Source: Octopus vulgaris (lineage: Eukaryota). Taken from it: 64,000 nucleotides of DNA. Location: positions 11,904,001 to 11,968,000 of the forward strand of contig OX597817.1 of NCBI GenBank assembly GCA_951406725.2. Reading direction: 5' to 3'. The stretch's first letter is position 1, and every line of letters begins with the position of its first letter. Below the pieces are notes generated by a model. The model was not told the DNA's origin and searched no databases. It was given only the letters and a program-made list of their open reading frames with translations. Positions 29,886 to 43,509 of the stretch are shown here, in pieces. A program made the position numbers and the translations under genes.

Positions 29886-30638
29886 ATGTCTATTATAAAA
29901 CAAGAATAAATAATATTTATCCCATGCACAGTTGCACAGCTGGTATTCATCAAAAGTTAACCCTGTATTCATCAATAGTTATTAATTTTATTACATTGAG
30001 AACACTGGAGAAGTATATATCTCTCCCAATAGATTCAGTGGTTATTAATAGAATAAGCACAACCAAGAAGAATCACAAAATGCCAGCTCTTAACTAAAAT
30101 ATATTTAATTGTTTTCGCAGTTAGTTACAAACCAGACAAATTGTCTGTGCATTGCAAAACTCGTAGTATCTCCTTTTCGATTCTCTCATCTGAAAAAAAA
30201 AAATAATAGCTTCTGCAGCCTAAGTCAAGGCAAAAATCATAAGGATTATAAAGAAAAGAATATGAATTCATGTGTTCATGTATTTCTGCAAAGTATTAGT
30301 GGAATGAGTATACTGTCGCAGCTTAGGTCTACCAGTTAAATGGCACCAATCAAGTTTCAGACTCGTTTAACGGAGAATTTTCTCCAATTTAATTTATGTA
30401 AGACTCTATTTGGCCCACTGTACTGCGTGATTGTTGTCACGATACTTTATTAAATGACGAACAGAATAAATAAATATATCATAAGTTCTTCCATATTACT
30501 GCGATTGAGCGTTAAACTCGAATTAATGCAAACTAGTAAAAGATGGGTAGTTGTGAAAAGGAAGAAAATTCAAATACAAAGTAGTGTTATAAAGGACTGT
30601 GTATAAATACAAGTGGAGAGGTGAAAATTAGAAGAAAA

Positions 30639-31472
30639 TCTTTATATATAAAAGTGAAGTTGTGTGTCTGTCTCCTACGATTTAGATTCCTAACTACTCC
30701 CACATTTTGCGGTGCAGTTTAACCAAAACCGGGTATCTTATAGTCGGGATTCATATCGAGCCCGTCTGGGTATTAGCGCGCGTCTACGATGAGTCTACGA
30801 TTTTAAAAATAATTTACCATCATTTTTTTCCATTTTAATGCATTTTTCGCTATTATATAAGGGAAGTAACTCTCTAAAAATGTCTACGATGAGTCAACGA
30901 TTTAAAAAAAATTTTACTATCATTTTTTTTCTATTTTTAATGCATTTTTTTGCTATTTTTTGGCTATAGGCGCAGGAGTGGCTGTTTGGTAAGTAGCTTG
31001 CTAACCAACCACATGGTTCCGGGTTCAGTCCCACTGCGTGGCATCTTGGGCAAGTGTCTTCTGCTATAGCCCCGGGCCGACCAATGCCTTGTGAGTGGAT
31101 TTGGTAGACGGAAACTGAAAGAAGCCTGTCGTATATATGTATATATATATATAAGTGTGTGTGAATATGTTTGTGTGTCTGTGTTTGTTCCCCTAGCATT
31201 GCTTGACAACCGATGCTGGCGTGTTTACGTCCCCGTCACTTAGCGGTTCGGCAAAAGAGACCGATAGAATAAGTACTGGGCTTACAAAGAATAAGTCCCG
31301 GAGTCGAGTTGCTCGACTAAAGGCGGTGCTCCAGCATGGCCGCAGTCAAATGACTGAAACAAGTAAAAACAGTAAAAAAAAAAAGAGTAAAAAGAGAGAG
31401 TAATAACTCTCTAAAAATGCTTATATAGTTATTTCCCTTACAAACCCGAGCAACGCCGGGCGATACTGCTAG
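30639..31472 (+). mobile_element. Non-autonomous Helitron interrupted by a SINE
   Basis: A|TC start, CCCGAGCAACGCCGGGCGATACTGCTAG|T end; body homologous to the 1498 family with an internal duplication. Confidence 0.85.
30969..31400 (+). mobile_element. SINE family A nested in Helitron
   Basis: Head GGCGCAGGAGTGGCTG, GGTTCAGTCCC, CTTGGGCAAGT, tail ATGACTGAAACAAGTAAAA. Confidence 0.9.
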
Positions 31473-31824
31473 TTTAATATATCTTAAACATGGTTCCAAA
31501 CAGCACAACGTTTAGCTAACGCTAGAGATCCCGTTGTTCTTTGTTTTGTTTTGCTTTCCTGTCCTAGAGTTTATTCTGATTTAAAGCAGGCTCTCCTCAC
31601 TTTTGCACGAACGCAACCGAGATGTTGTCTCTATTGCCAATTTACTCTTATTGCTATTGAAAGCCTGTCACTGTTATCCGCATCTCGAATGCACCGTTTT
31701 CCCACCGCGAAGAGGTGATTATACACGAGATTTGAACTCTCAGTGCAGAGATCCAGAAGAAATATTGCAAAGCATTCTATCCGACGCTCTAAAGGCACTG
31801 GCACATCAATGTCACATATATATT

Positions 31825-31875
<51 letters not shown>

Positions 31876-31876
<1 letters not shown>

Positions 31877-32104
31877 GGCGGCGAGCTGGCAGAAACGTCA
31901 GCACGCCGGGCGAAATGCGTAGCCGTATTTCGTCTGCCGTTACGTTCTGAGTTCAAATTCCGCCGAGGTCGACTTTGCCTTTCATCCTTTCGGGGTCGAT
32001 AAATTAAGTACCACTTACGCACTGGGGTCGATGGAATCGACTTAATCGCTTTGTCTCTCCTTGTTTGTCCCCTCTGTGTTTAGCCCCTTGTGGGTAGTAA
32101 AGAA

Positions 32105-32107
<3 letters not shown>
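31876..32107 (+). mobile_element. SINE family C monomer within a (TA)(TG) microsatellite
   Basis: GGCGGCGAGCTGGCAGAAACG head, GAGTTCAAATTCC B-box-like, CCTTTCATCCTTTCGGGGTCGATAAA central domain. Confidence 0.85.
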
Positions 32108-32145
<38 letters not shown>

Positions 32146-32398
32146 CAGAGAGAGAGGTGGGGAGAGGCACACATAATGGATGTGCGTGTGTGTTTTATCG
32201 GATGTATTTTTTTTGTCGTATGTGGATTAAAGTTTTCGTTAATTAAACGTTATGAACAAAAGTTCTCATCGGTGTGGGGCGGGGTAAGAAGCACAAAGAC
32301 CAGTTGTGCTAACCTTTACATCATCCGAGTTTTGCTCACCTTATATAAGAGCAAGCAGAAGCCCTCCCTCTCTCTCCCTCTCTCTATCTCTCCCTTTC

Positions 32399-32435
<37 letters not shown>

Positions 32436-32858
32436 TTCATGCACACAGACATACGCACATACACATAAGCGTTTACAAGAATAAAAAAGTATCAACTGTA
32501 ATAAAAATAACAACAGTGACGACAACGTTTACAATGTAAACAACCTCAACAACAACAGCAAACAGCAGGATATCAAATAAGTCTACCGCAGTAACATTAA
32601 CACCAACAGGAATAGAAAGAACAACAGCAATGAGGCAAGAATGAAAACAATAAAGATAATGACTACAACAACACCATCACCAGCATTTACACGAACAAGT
32701 GTATTGCTTAACCCACAGCAATAAAATCAGCAAGAACAACAACGAATAATGAAACATTACATTAGCTGTAATAAAAAACGATAACAACTGCTGCTGCTTA
32801 TTTATTTGTCGCTAGAAGCAATCAAATGAAGAGGGGGGGAGCCTAATGCTTTCAATGC

Positions 32859-34603
32859 AAAAACGTTATACTTTCCAGGAAAATAGGTACCTATTTCTTT
32901 ACTACCCACAAGGGGCTAAACACAGAGAGGACAAACAAGGACAGACAAACGGATTAAGTCGATTGTATCGACCCCAGTCTGTAACTGGTACTTAATTTAT
33001 CGACCCCGAGAGGATGAAAGGCAAAGTCGACCTCGGGGGAATTTGAACTCAGAACGTAGCGACAGGCGAAATACCTATTTCTTTACTACCCACAAGGGGC
33101 TAAACACAGAGAGGACAAACAAGGACAGACAAACGGATTAAGTCGATTGTATCGACCCCAGTCTGTAACTGGTACTTAATTTATCGACCCCGAAAGGATG
33201 AAAGGCAAAGTCGACCTCGGGGGAATTTGAACTCAGAACGTAGCGACAGGCGAAATACCTATTTCTTTACTACCCACAAGGGGCTAAACACAGAGAGGAC
33301 AAACAAGGACAGACAAACGGATTAAGTCGATTGTATCGACCCCAGTCTGTAACTGGTACTTAATTTATCGACCCCGAGAGGATGAAAGGCAAAGTCGACC
33401 TCGGGGAATTTGAACTCAGAACGTAGCGACAGGCGAAATACCTATTTCTTTACTACCCATAAGGGGCTAAACACAGAGAGGACAAACAAGGTCAGACAAA
33501 CGGATTAAGTCAATTGTATCGACCCCAGTCTGTAACTGGTACTTAATTTATCGACCCCGAAAGGATGAAAGGCAAAGTCAACCTCGGCGGAATTTGAACT
33601 CAGAACGTAACGGCAGACGAAATACCGCTGAGCATTTCGCCCGGCGTGCTAACGTTTCTGCCAGCTCGCATGAGAAAGTACATATCACTGATGTAAGTGT
33701 CCTACAGTGTATAAAACTGAGCTACAAGATACTAATTTAAACTGAGGTGTAAACTCCCGTATGTGTAATGCCTGTAGGAAAGTTTGAGCTCTGATTCTGG
33801 TCCCTTCCTCAAACAGCTGTGATAGCAGTAAAAACGTTATACTTTCCAGGAAAATAGGTACCATGAGGAAGTACATATCACTGATGTAAGTGTCTTACAG
33901 TGTATAAAACTGAGCTACAAGATACTGATTTAAACTGGGGTGTAAACTCCCGTATGTGTAATGCCTGTAGGAAAGTTTGAGCTCTGATTCTGGTCCCTTC
34001 CTCAAACAGCAGTGATAGCAGTAAAAAGGTTATACTTTCCAGGAAAATAGGTACCATGAGGAAGTACATATCACTGATGTAAGTGTCTTACAGTGTATAA
34101 AACTGAGCTACAAGATACTGATTTAAACTGGGCTGTAAACTCCCGTATGTGTAATGCCTGTAGGAAAGTTTGAGCTCTGATTCTGGTCCCTTCCTCAAAC
34201 AGCAGTGATAGCAGTAAAAACGTTATACTTTCCAGGAAAATAGGTACCATGAGGAAGTACATATCACTGATGTAAGTGTCCTACAGTGTATAAAACTGAG
34301 CTACAAGATACTGATTTAAACTGGGCTGTAAACTCCCGTATGTGTAATGCCTGTAGGACGGTTTGAGCTCTGATTCTGGTCCTTTCCTCAAACAGCAGTG
34401 ATAGCAGTAAAAACGTTATACTTTCCAGGAAAATAGGTACCATAAGGAAGTACATATCACTGATGTAAGTGTCTTACAGTGTATAAAACTGAGCTACAAG
34501 ATACTGATTTAAACTGGGCTGTAAACTCCCGTATGTGTAATGCATGTAGGAAAGTTTGAGCTCTGATTCTGGTCCCTTCCTCAAACAGCAGTGATAGCAG
34601 TAA
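32859..34603. repeat. 193-bp tandem repeat, five copies, first interrupted by the SINE tetramer
   Basis: CATGAG(G/A)AAG-type register at 33669, 33862, 34055, 34248 and 34441; first 32 bp of copy 1 at 32859-32890. Confidence 0.95.
32891..33668 (-). mobile_element. SINE family C tetramer (one head, four ~184-bp bodies)
   Basis: Unit starts at 32891, 33075, 33259 and 33442; head only at the 33625-33668 end. Confidence 0.9.
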
Positions 34604-35821
34604 CAAGAGAAAAACAGAAAGCAAGAAAGCAGTAACAGCATGCATCAAGCATCACAAGTAATAAAACAACATCTGCGACAATAACATTAACAAGAAGAAA
34701 AATAGTTACATCATAGATACTGAAAACAACAAAAGCAATAGCTATACCGTTTGAAAATAACCTCTTGAGTTGCTGTAAACGCGAAATTTCTCAAGATTTT
34801 CTATTTGGAATGTCGAAATAAAAAGTCTCCTTGAAAAAATAAAATTGATTAGAATACAAAAACACATAACAAATAAAGCAAACAGAACAAAACAAATTTT
34901 CTACCTAAAAAAACGAAATAAAAGGTTTCATTTCAAGCTAAGACATTTTATAGTAAAAGTTTAGTGTTTTTCGCCCTCAATACTCCTACTTACGCCACCC
35001 GACACTCCCACTTTCCCTTTATCGCACATTATATGCATTTCTTCACTTCTGAACAAACAAGCAAATAACATCACATGACTTGACATGTCAACATCTGCTC
35101 TTCATAAACAGAAAAATTGACGTCGTTTTAAGACACTATCAAATCTAACGAATTTTCAGCATAAAATAAGGCAAAGCAAAATAAAAAAAAACAATAATAA
35201 GAATATATGGAAGTAAATGAAACTGTATTTACAAATAACATGGCTTGAGCCCAACAATTTCTTCATAAATTCTTTTTGATATTTTATTAATTCAATTTGT
35301 TTATTTAGTTATTCATTTATGGCTTTTTGCACAACAATTCTTTTCACTGTATTCCTCATCTCGGAGCACTGTCCTTGTCTCTTTGAACATTATCACATAT
35401 CAGCCACTACTCTCAAAGCTCTATGCATCATAACAGGCATCTGACGTTCACTCAAACACTCACACACACACACACACACATACACACACACACACATATA
35501 CACAGAGGCATACACTAATGCTAACACTACGATTAATCCATCAACAAATGATGACTTGGAATCAGTGCCAGATTAATAGACAAATGATGCAATTTAAGGC
35601 TGTAGAACTTCCACTTCCACCACCACCCCAACAATATTACTTATACCTAGAGACTTTCGCAGAATGTCTAAGCACTACTGTAGCTCTTTAAAATCGATCA
35701 CTTTGATTAAGACAAACAACAACTTTATACACGCCAAATTTCATTTCACTTGTTCAAATGGTCATTTTGGCTATATTTCCTTTTATTTTTACAGTCATTG
35801 GGTTAGGTAGCTAGCTAGCTA

Positions 35822-36098
<277 letters not shown>

Positions 36099-36295
36099 CG
36101 CCTTCCATATAGTTTTTAACAATTTCTAACTATCAATTTCACTCTCAAAAGATACCGAAATCAAGCCGCTGCGAAGCAAACTTGTTAAACCACACAGCCA
36201 TGCCTGCGCCTATAATAATGTAGAGATTTTTATAATAAATATCCTAAAATATATTTCACAGCAATTTTCCGAACGCTGCTGTTATTTCAGGAATG

Positions 36296-36334
<39 letters not shown>

Positions 36335-36384
36335 GTAAAATTATGCTGGTTTCACTGAGTCTTGTTGAAGCACCTATAGGCGCT

Positions 36385-36800
36385 CACTGCGTACGTCATC
36401 CATCCACAGCTTAACAATTATTTCGAATAACTCAAAGTATCCGGCGGCATCAATTCGAAACCCTGTAAAAAGATATGAGATGACCTTCGTTGCTCATCAC
36501 TCCTAAAACCATCACAGTAGCTAGAATTTTAGTGTGCATCACTTAGTGGTCTTGTTCGAAGATTTTCTCATCCGAAATGAGCCAAAGCTTGCCATGTTCA
36601 TGAGATTTTTAAATCTAGTTAAGTAACAGCTTGCTACGGATCAAACGGTTTATCCATGTCCTTGTAGATATGAATTGGCATCATCTTGTATCGAATGTCC
36701 TTGTGCACCACAATCAGATAGCCCACTCCAACACCTGGAGTTCTTTGGCGATGGTCCTCATTCATTTTTCGAAGACATTGTCGATAGTGTTTTGAAGGTG
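36385..36800 (-). mobile_element. Decayed maT/DD37D-like Tc1-mariner transposase fragment
   Basis: VVHKDIRYK, LWLISDEKIFEQD, VMHTKILATVMVLGVMSNEGH. Confidence 0.7.
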
Positions 36801-36982
36801 ATGGTAGATTAATATGTCCTTATGGTGTCTGAATATGTAGAATGTTTTTCTCTGTCTCTCTCTCTCTCTCTTTGATATATTTGAAAAATTCCCTCCAGAG
36901 ACTTCGAGTTCCATCCGAGGTTTCTGTTTAAAAGACCATCCAACATTTAGAGAATTGTCTATTCGCTGTGTTCTGCGTATAT

Positions 36983-37481
<499 letters not shown>

Positions 37482-37765
37482 ATATAGCAACAATGACTGC
37501 ATGACTTTTCGTTTCACGTGTTAGCGTTTTATTTGTAACGGAAGACCTGAAAGAAATGAAATTTTGGTACAAGGCCAGCAATTGTAGGTGGGAAGTAGAT
37601 CGATTACATCGACTCCATTCTTCAAATGGTGCTTATTTTATCGATCTCCACAGAGATAAAGGTGACGTTGACCTTTGATGAGAGTAATATACTGATGATT
37701 AAGTACACTCAAATAACTCTCGCACCTTGTATATGTATAATATGCAAATACATACATATATATAT

Positions 37766-37804
<39 letters not shown>

Positions 37805-38194
37805 ACGCGTGTGCGTGTTTATACAGTATAGGTTCAGGCATGGTTGTGTGATAAAAATGGTTTCGACTTCCGTCCCACTACATAACACCTTGGGAAAGTG
37901 TCTTCCACTATAACACCAGATCGACCAAACTCTTGTGAGTAGGTTTTATAGATAGAAACTGAAAGCAAATAGTACTCGCGCGCGCGTATCCGTGCGTGTG
38001 TAGGGCGTGTCTGTGTATGCACGGGTTTGTGTGTGTGCGTATGTATGGTTGTGTTATAAGAGATTTTCATATTCTCATTTCTGCTCGCTCCAGTCTTTGT
38101 ACAACAGTTTTTGACTATTGTGACTCTTTCTCAGATAGCAGAAAAGAAGTCAACCTTAAGGCCTTTATACGGTTCAATAGAAGAGAAATAACTT

Positions 38195-38870
38195 ATAAGT
38201 GATATAAGAAATTTCCCAGGCTAGAATTTCTGTGAATAATGAATTTTATATATTCGGGTACCATCCCTTTCGAATAATCTCCCAGAAAGCATGTTTACCC
38301 TTCCCAGTACTGCTTCTGCACCTCAAAGGCATTGCAGAAGTCCTCTCCCTAAAGACCGTTAAATACCGCCTGCCCTTTTATTTGAGTTTCATCTACCGTC
38401 AGGAAGCACTGTCTTATCAGCGTCAATGTCATTATGTGAGGCACAAAAAGTTACAGGGGATAGGTCAAGCGAGTACGTAGAATCTGAGAAGACACCGCAT
38501 TTTGTTCTTTGTCAACCACTACATCGTCTTTAGGGACATGTGAGTAGGGTGTAATGTTATGATATAGCAGCCTATTGCACTTGTACCACAGTTACCGTAG
38601 TTTAATCACATATTTTTGATGGGGTTTTTGGCGGATTTTTGGTGTTTTACTGATGATTGTTTATCAGGAACAATTGTCACGTTTAGCTGACACTCGGAAA
38701 TCCTTGAAACGTACGCGGCTAAAGAATATTTGCCAAAAGTCTGACGAAGTATTTCTAGAGTTTTAGTAGCAAAATTTACCAAAATTCCTCTAGTATTTGC
38801 TGCACGCATATCTCTCAACTTTGTCAGCCGTCGTAAAAATCTCGGAAAATTTCACGTATTAATCTGAATA
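38195..38870 (-). mobile_element. Old decayed mariner
   Basis: ATKTLEILRQTFGKYSL near the 5' part; MSLKT, a KLK.KGRRY-like segment and a GDYSKG C-terminal remnant. Confidence 0.6.
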
Positions 38871-38969
38871 AGAGTAGAGAGCATGAAATGTTTTTAAACT
38901 GCTTCAATGAGCAGGCTACAGATCACAGTCAGTTGTGCACTCTTTTCCGTTGAGCAGTACTATCATAGC

Positions 38970-39338
38970 GGAGACACAATGGCCTAGTGATTAGGATAGC
39001 AGACTCGCGGTTGTAGAATCACGGTTTCTATCCCCAGACCGGGCGTTGTGAATGTTTATTGAACGAAAACACCTAAAGTTCCACGAGGCTCCGGCAGGAA
39101 TGATGGCGAACCCTATTGTACTCTTTCGGCACAAATTTCTCTCATTCTTTCTGTTGTACCTGTATTTCAAATGCCCCAGTCTTGTCACACTCTGTGTCAC
39201 GCCGAGTCTCCCCGAGAACTACGTTGAGGGCACACGTGTCTGTGGAGTGCTCAGCCACTTGCACGTTAATTTCACGAGCAAACTATTCCGTTGATCGGAT
39301 CAATTGGAACCCTCGTCGTCGTAACCGACGGAGTGCCA
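38970..39338 (+). mobile_element. SINE family B
   Basis: Colinear with 2407-2798; imperfect TSD TATCAT(A/G)GC. Confidence 0.9.
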
Positions 39339-39537
39339 CGATTATCATGGCACGTGCAGCCCGGTAACCTTCTGCTACCTGCTCGTATGTTTTCATATTG
39401 CCTGTTTTTGTCTACAGCAATTGATATGTGTCCTTGTATAATGTTCTACAAGTGTGTTTGCGCGTGCGATTTCTCGATTGAGCAAGCATTTAACATCGCA
39501 AAATATTTAAATGTTATTAATATTAAGTTTCCCAAGA

Positions 39538-39750
39538 GGTGGGGGTCAGCTGGAAGAATGGATAGCATGCTTGGCAACATTCTTAGCAGCACTTTGTCCG
39601 TCTTTGCTTTCTGAGTTTATATTGCGCCCAGGTCGAATTTGCCCTTGATCCTTTCTGGGTCGATAAAATAAGTACCAGTTGATCATTGGGATCACGGTAG
39701 ACGACTTAACCCCTTCCCGAAACTGCTGGTCTTATGCCACAATCTGCAAT
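39538..39750 (+). mobile_element. SINE family C, diverged monomer
   Basis: Central GGTCGATAAAATAAGTACCAG; imperfect flanking duplication AATATTAA... Confidence 0.7.
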
Positions 39751-39849
39751 CAATATTAAATTGCTCACGAGTGGTGTCGGTAAAATAAAATGTTCGATAA
39801 CAAGAAAAAAAAAGCGTTTCAAATTATAGGAATTCTCTTTCAAAATAAA

Positions 39850-40900
39850 TATTGTTTAAACTCATGCTTGTCAGCAAAACCTCAGACTCTCTAAAATAAA
39901 ACATGTGTGAGATATGTTTTACAAATTCATTTGTAGCAAATCGTTTTTATAAATTGTACATCGCCTCAAGAGATTTTCAGCAGATATCTTATGTTATGAT
40001 TAATTAGCTATTTTATACGGTTAATATAGCGTGAGAAGTGTTACTCCCCCAAAGAAAATGTTAATATATGTGAAAAATATTGCTGTATAGTTATCAGTTA
40101 AGATGCTAGAAGGGACATTTAACAAAGATTTCATTGAAAAATCCTGGCTGAGAACCCATCCAAATTATTTCGAACTTTTTCACCTACGTTCTTTCACTTA
40201 AAACGAAGAATGTTGACAACTTTACAACTTGCATCAACATATCGACTCTCTACTTATTTTAATTCTGGATGACAAGTTTTACGTTACTGATAAAAATACC
40301 ACTTTCTTCTACTGTAATAATCTGTGGTAAACTTGTTTAGACTCAAACAAGATGAATTCTAAAATGTTTTCAATAATTCTTCTTCATTTTAACCGTTCAA
40401 TCCAGAACTTATATTTCTTTCATGTTTAGGTTAACGAAGAAACAGATTTACATCATAGATATGAAAGCGAATAGAGTACCAGATTTTCTTGAAGAAAAAT
40501 TATTGATGACGATTTAGTGTGTGGCAGAAACATAAGCCCTAATTATATGGAAGTTATTTTATAACATCACAGACCACTTCTGTATTTTTTTAAACTGTGA
40601 ATCTTATGCCTATTGTTATTTACTGCTCTATTCTCTGAGCAAATGTCGCATGTCTAGCTAAATTCTCTGAAGTTAATTGACGGTTTTACGAATATAGATT
40701 ATGTCGTGGCCTAGAAATAGAAGAAACTACTCGGTATTAATTCATGCAGTTTACTTTTAAATATTGCTACGGTAGATTCAATAGCACCAATGCATTGAGT
40801 TCAACGTTAATTTTAACGAAGAGTTTTCATGTCAGATCGTGAATTCGGCCAAAACATTCTTCTAGTGAAGACTGTCTGAAAGCATTTAGAAAAATATCTT
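39850..40900 (+). mobile_element. Possible very old hAT (Charlie/Buster-like) transposase remnant
   Basis: Scattered peptides resembling RRIQD.SADI, QVDEATD and IVEDLLFC (seen as RDFQQI/SADI, VNEETD, IIDDDLVCG) across broken frames; weak. Confidence 0.3.
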
Positions 40901-41210
40901 GCAACACCATGGTATTTATAATCAATGTTGACCCAAAGGAGCGACATGAAAAGTATTAAAATGATTGAAGAAAACTGATTATATATTATCTCTTAACTTT
41001 TACTAATCTACATGTGTAAAAACTTATCTATCTCTCTAAAAGATCATTTCCAATACACAGTACAGAATATTTTAAAATGAAAATTAGTAACTGGTAGGCG
41101 TGTGTGAAGAGATAGAATTATGAATTATGAATTATGTACGAATTTACAATTTTGTATACAACAAAAATTGATAACGTAAAATAAAGATATGGGGATGGAT
41201 GGAGAGAATT

Positions 41211-41378
41211 TAGAAAAGGGTGCCTAAAGTTCCTCATATAGAAAAGGGTATCTAAAGTTTCCCATATAGAAAAGGGTATCTAAAGTTTCCCATATAGAAA
41301 ATGGTACCTAAAGTTTCCCATATAGAAAATGGTACCTAAAGTTCCCCATATAGAAAATGGTACCTAAAGTTCCTCATA
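41211..41378. repeat. 28-bp minisatellite, six copies
   Basis: TAGAAAA(G/T)GGTA(T/C)CTAAAGTT(T/C)CCCATA at 41211, 41239, 41267, 41295, 41323 and 41351. Confidence 0.95.
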
Positions 41379-41620
41379 TACTGCATCAATATTCCTTGAA
41401 CGTTCCGTTGCGTTGTTGCTTTTATTGAACACATAAAGTAAATTATGCCGAATATGCTCCTTTGTCACTTCCATTATAACTTTCAAAAAATAACTTTTAA
41501 AATCGAACTGCACTATTCAAAACTTGCACTGAGAATAAAGACAAGGTAAAATTGCTACCTATTTTCATAGCAATTTGATGCAGGTAGTTTATCCCGCCCC
41601 ACTCCGATTTTTAGTTCGTT
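41379..41620 (-). mobile_element. Mariner 5' fragment
   Basis: MEVTKEHIRHNLLYVFNKSNNATERSRNIDAV; homologous to 45609-45895. Confidence 0.8.
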
Positions 41621-43509
41621 ATCTTTGCAACAACGGAAAGAATGGAGGGTACAACATCACGGTCCTCAGTAGGTTAATAACTGGATTGTCTTCATGGGTA
41701 AATTTCTTGCCTACAAAGTAATCGGATTTGTATTGAATGAGAATTTATGCATGCTATGTATTTGCCACCGAAGCCAAGTCAGCAAAATAAGTTATATTTG
41801 GGACCTTATAAAGTATTCCTAGATGTTCAGGACATATATGCGTGGCTCTAACTAGAAACTGTTCTGTAATCTTTAGCGTGTGAAGAATGCCGCTCATGAT
41901 ACAATATTATCGCGTATTAGAACGCCTAAAATGAGTTTTCCTGATGGTTTGTCTTGTTTACATAACTGACGTGTTGTGAATGTGATTTGTTATGTGACTT
42001 TACCACTACGACTAGACTGTCAAATGCTAATAGTAGTATGATGTCGGGATCTATGATTCATAAATAATGCTTACAGCCTGGTTAATTTGTTGAAATCGTG
42101 CAATATTGAATCATGAAGAGAGGGAGAGATATGGAAGCGCATGTGAAAGTGTAACGGATGAAGATTGAGCGTAGCTGTATCAATGTATAAGATGATATTT
42201 TAAAGACTGAAGATATAGTTTAGCATTGCAGTACACTCAAGATTCATAAAGTGACAGTTGAACTAGTCTGGTTTGTTAATATATGACACAATGAAAGGAT
42301 GTACAGTGCCTTGTGACAATTGACTATTCTCACTTGCAATTTTTTATCGGACAGAACTGAAAAAGATGATAATTTACACAGGGATTAATAGATGTCACAG
42401 ACAGGTATACAAATGAATCAAACGTTTTAGTTCTAGTCGACCTGACGGTACTAATAATATATAACGATCAAATTTTGGTATCAAAGAAGAAATGTCTTGC
42501 TGATTTAATAGTTCGTTCTTTTTAGATTTTGGCGGAGTTTATGATATTCCTTTCAGCATAAGAATGAGATGTAAGATATCTTATTTCTAACAACGATACC
42601 GATCTGTATCAAAAGTTCGTTTGAAGCACAAAAATCTTCATTGAGTTCTCCATTATCTTAATATCCGGTAGAGGGACAGTAATCATCGGAAGATAGGGAA
42701 ACGGTAGCTTATGCACAATGAGTAAGAAAGCTAGCGAGGAATTACACTGATCGACATGAAGACCGTTATCATTCTAAATTCTTCGATGTATCTGCGTATC
42801 TTGCCTGTACCTCATTAACCACCCATACCCGTATTAAGCACTTTAACACATCTTTCTGTTTAAATGTCATCTGGTGCATATTTTCTCTTTAGTCGTTGGC
42901 CATTATGATTTCAAATAGAAATTCAAACTCGCTAAATTCACTCAGTTATCTATAGCTTCCTGTCTAGTTCGTATGTTTCTATGTCTAGAGTGTTTAAGCC
43001 TCTATATACAGAGCGCATACGCGAAGATATGTATATATATCTCTGTGTGTGTGTCCGCGTAAGCGCGTGCATATGTGTGTGTAAATGATTGTTTGTTTTA
43101 TAGATTTGTGTATTTACGTAGATTAAACATGCACTGAATAAAACAACCATCAGAGTCAAAATGATATTCCTTATCATTATTGAAACTTTCTTAAAGTTTC
43201 TGCGACACTAGTTCTTTCAGAATTCGAGACTGACAATATATGTGTATGTGTAATTGTGCTAAAGTGAGTTCATGTAGATAATAAAGGAAAAAATAATGCA
43301 CAGTGACTGTAGTTGAACGAATCCAGTGTATTATAGGATTTTACTTCGTTGCGCACAAATCAATGCTAGATAAATAAGACTTAATATTTACCCTAGCATT
43401 TCATATCTTTACCAAGTTCTAACTCTTGTATATGTAGTTACTTATTTATATATTCATGTATACGTACATCCATACATACAAGTCCCATCCGTATATACAT
43501 ACATATATA

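Noticed and set aside
33669-34603. 193-bp unit as a retrozyme or C/D snoRNA array
   Set aside because: No CUGANGA...GAAA hammerhead on either strand; CTGATGT is not a proper box C
33685-34648. Five repeated 63-aa ORFs as a peptide gene cluster
   Set aside because: By-product of the 193-bp DNA repeat; no recognisable domain or gene signals
41211-41378. CRISPR-like 28-bp repeats
   Set aside because: No spacers, no cas genes, eukaryotic context; ordinary minisatellite
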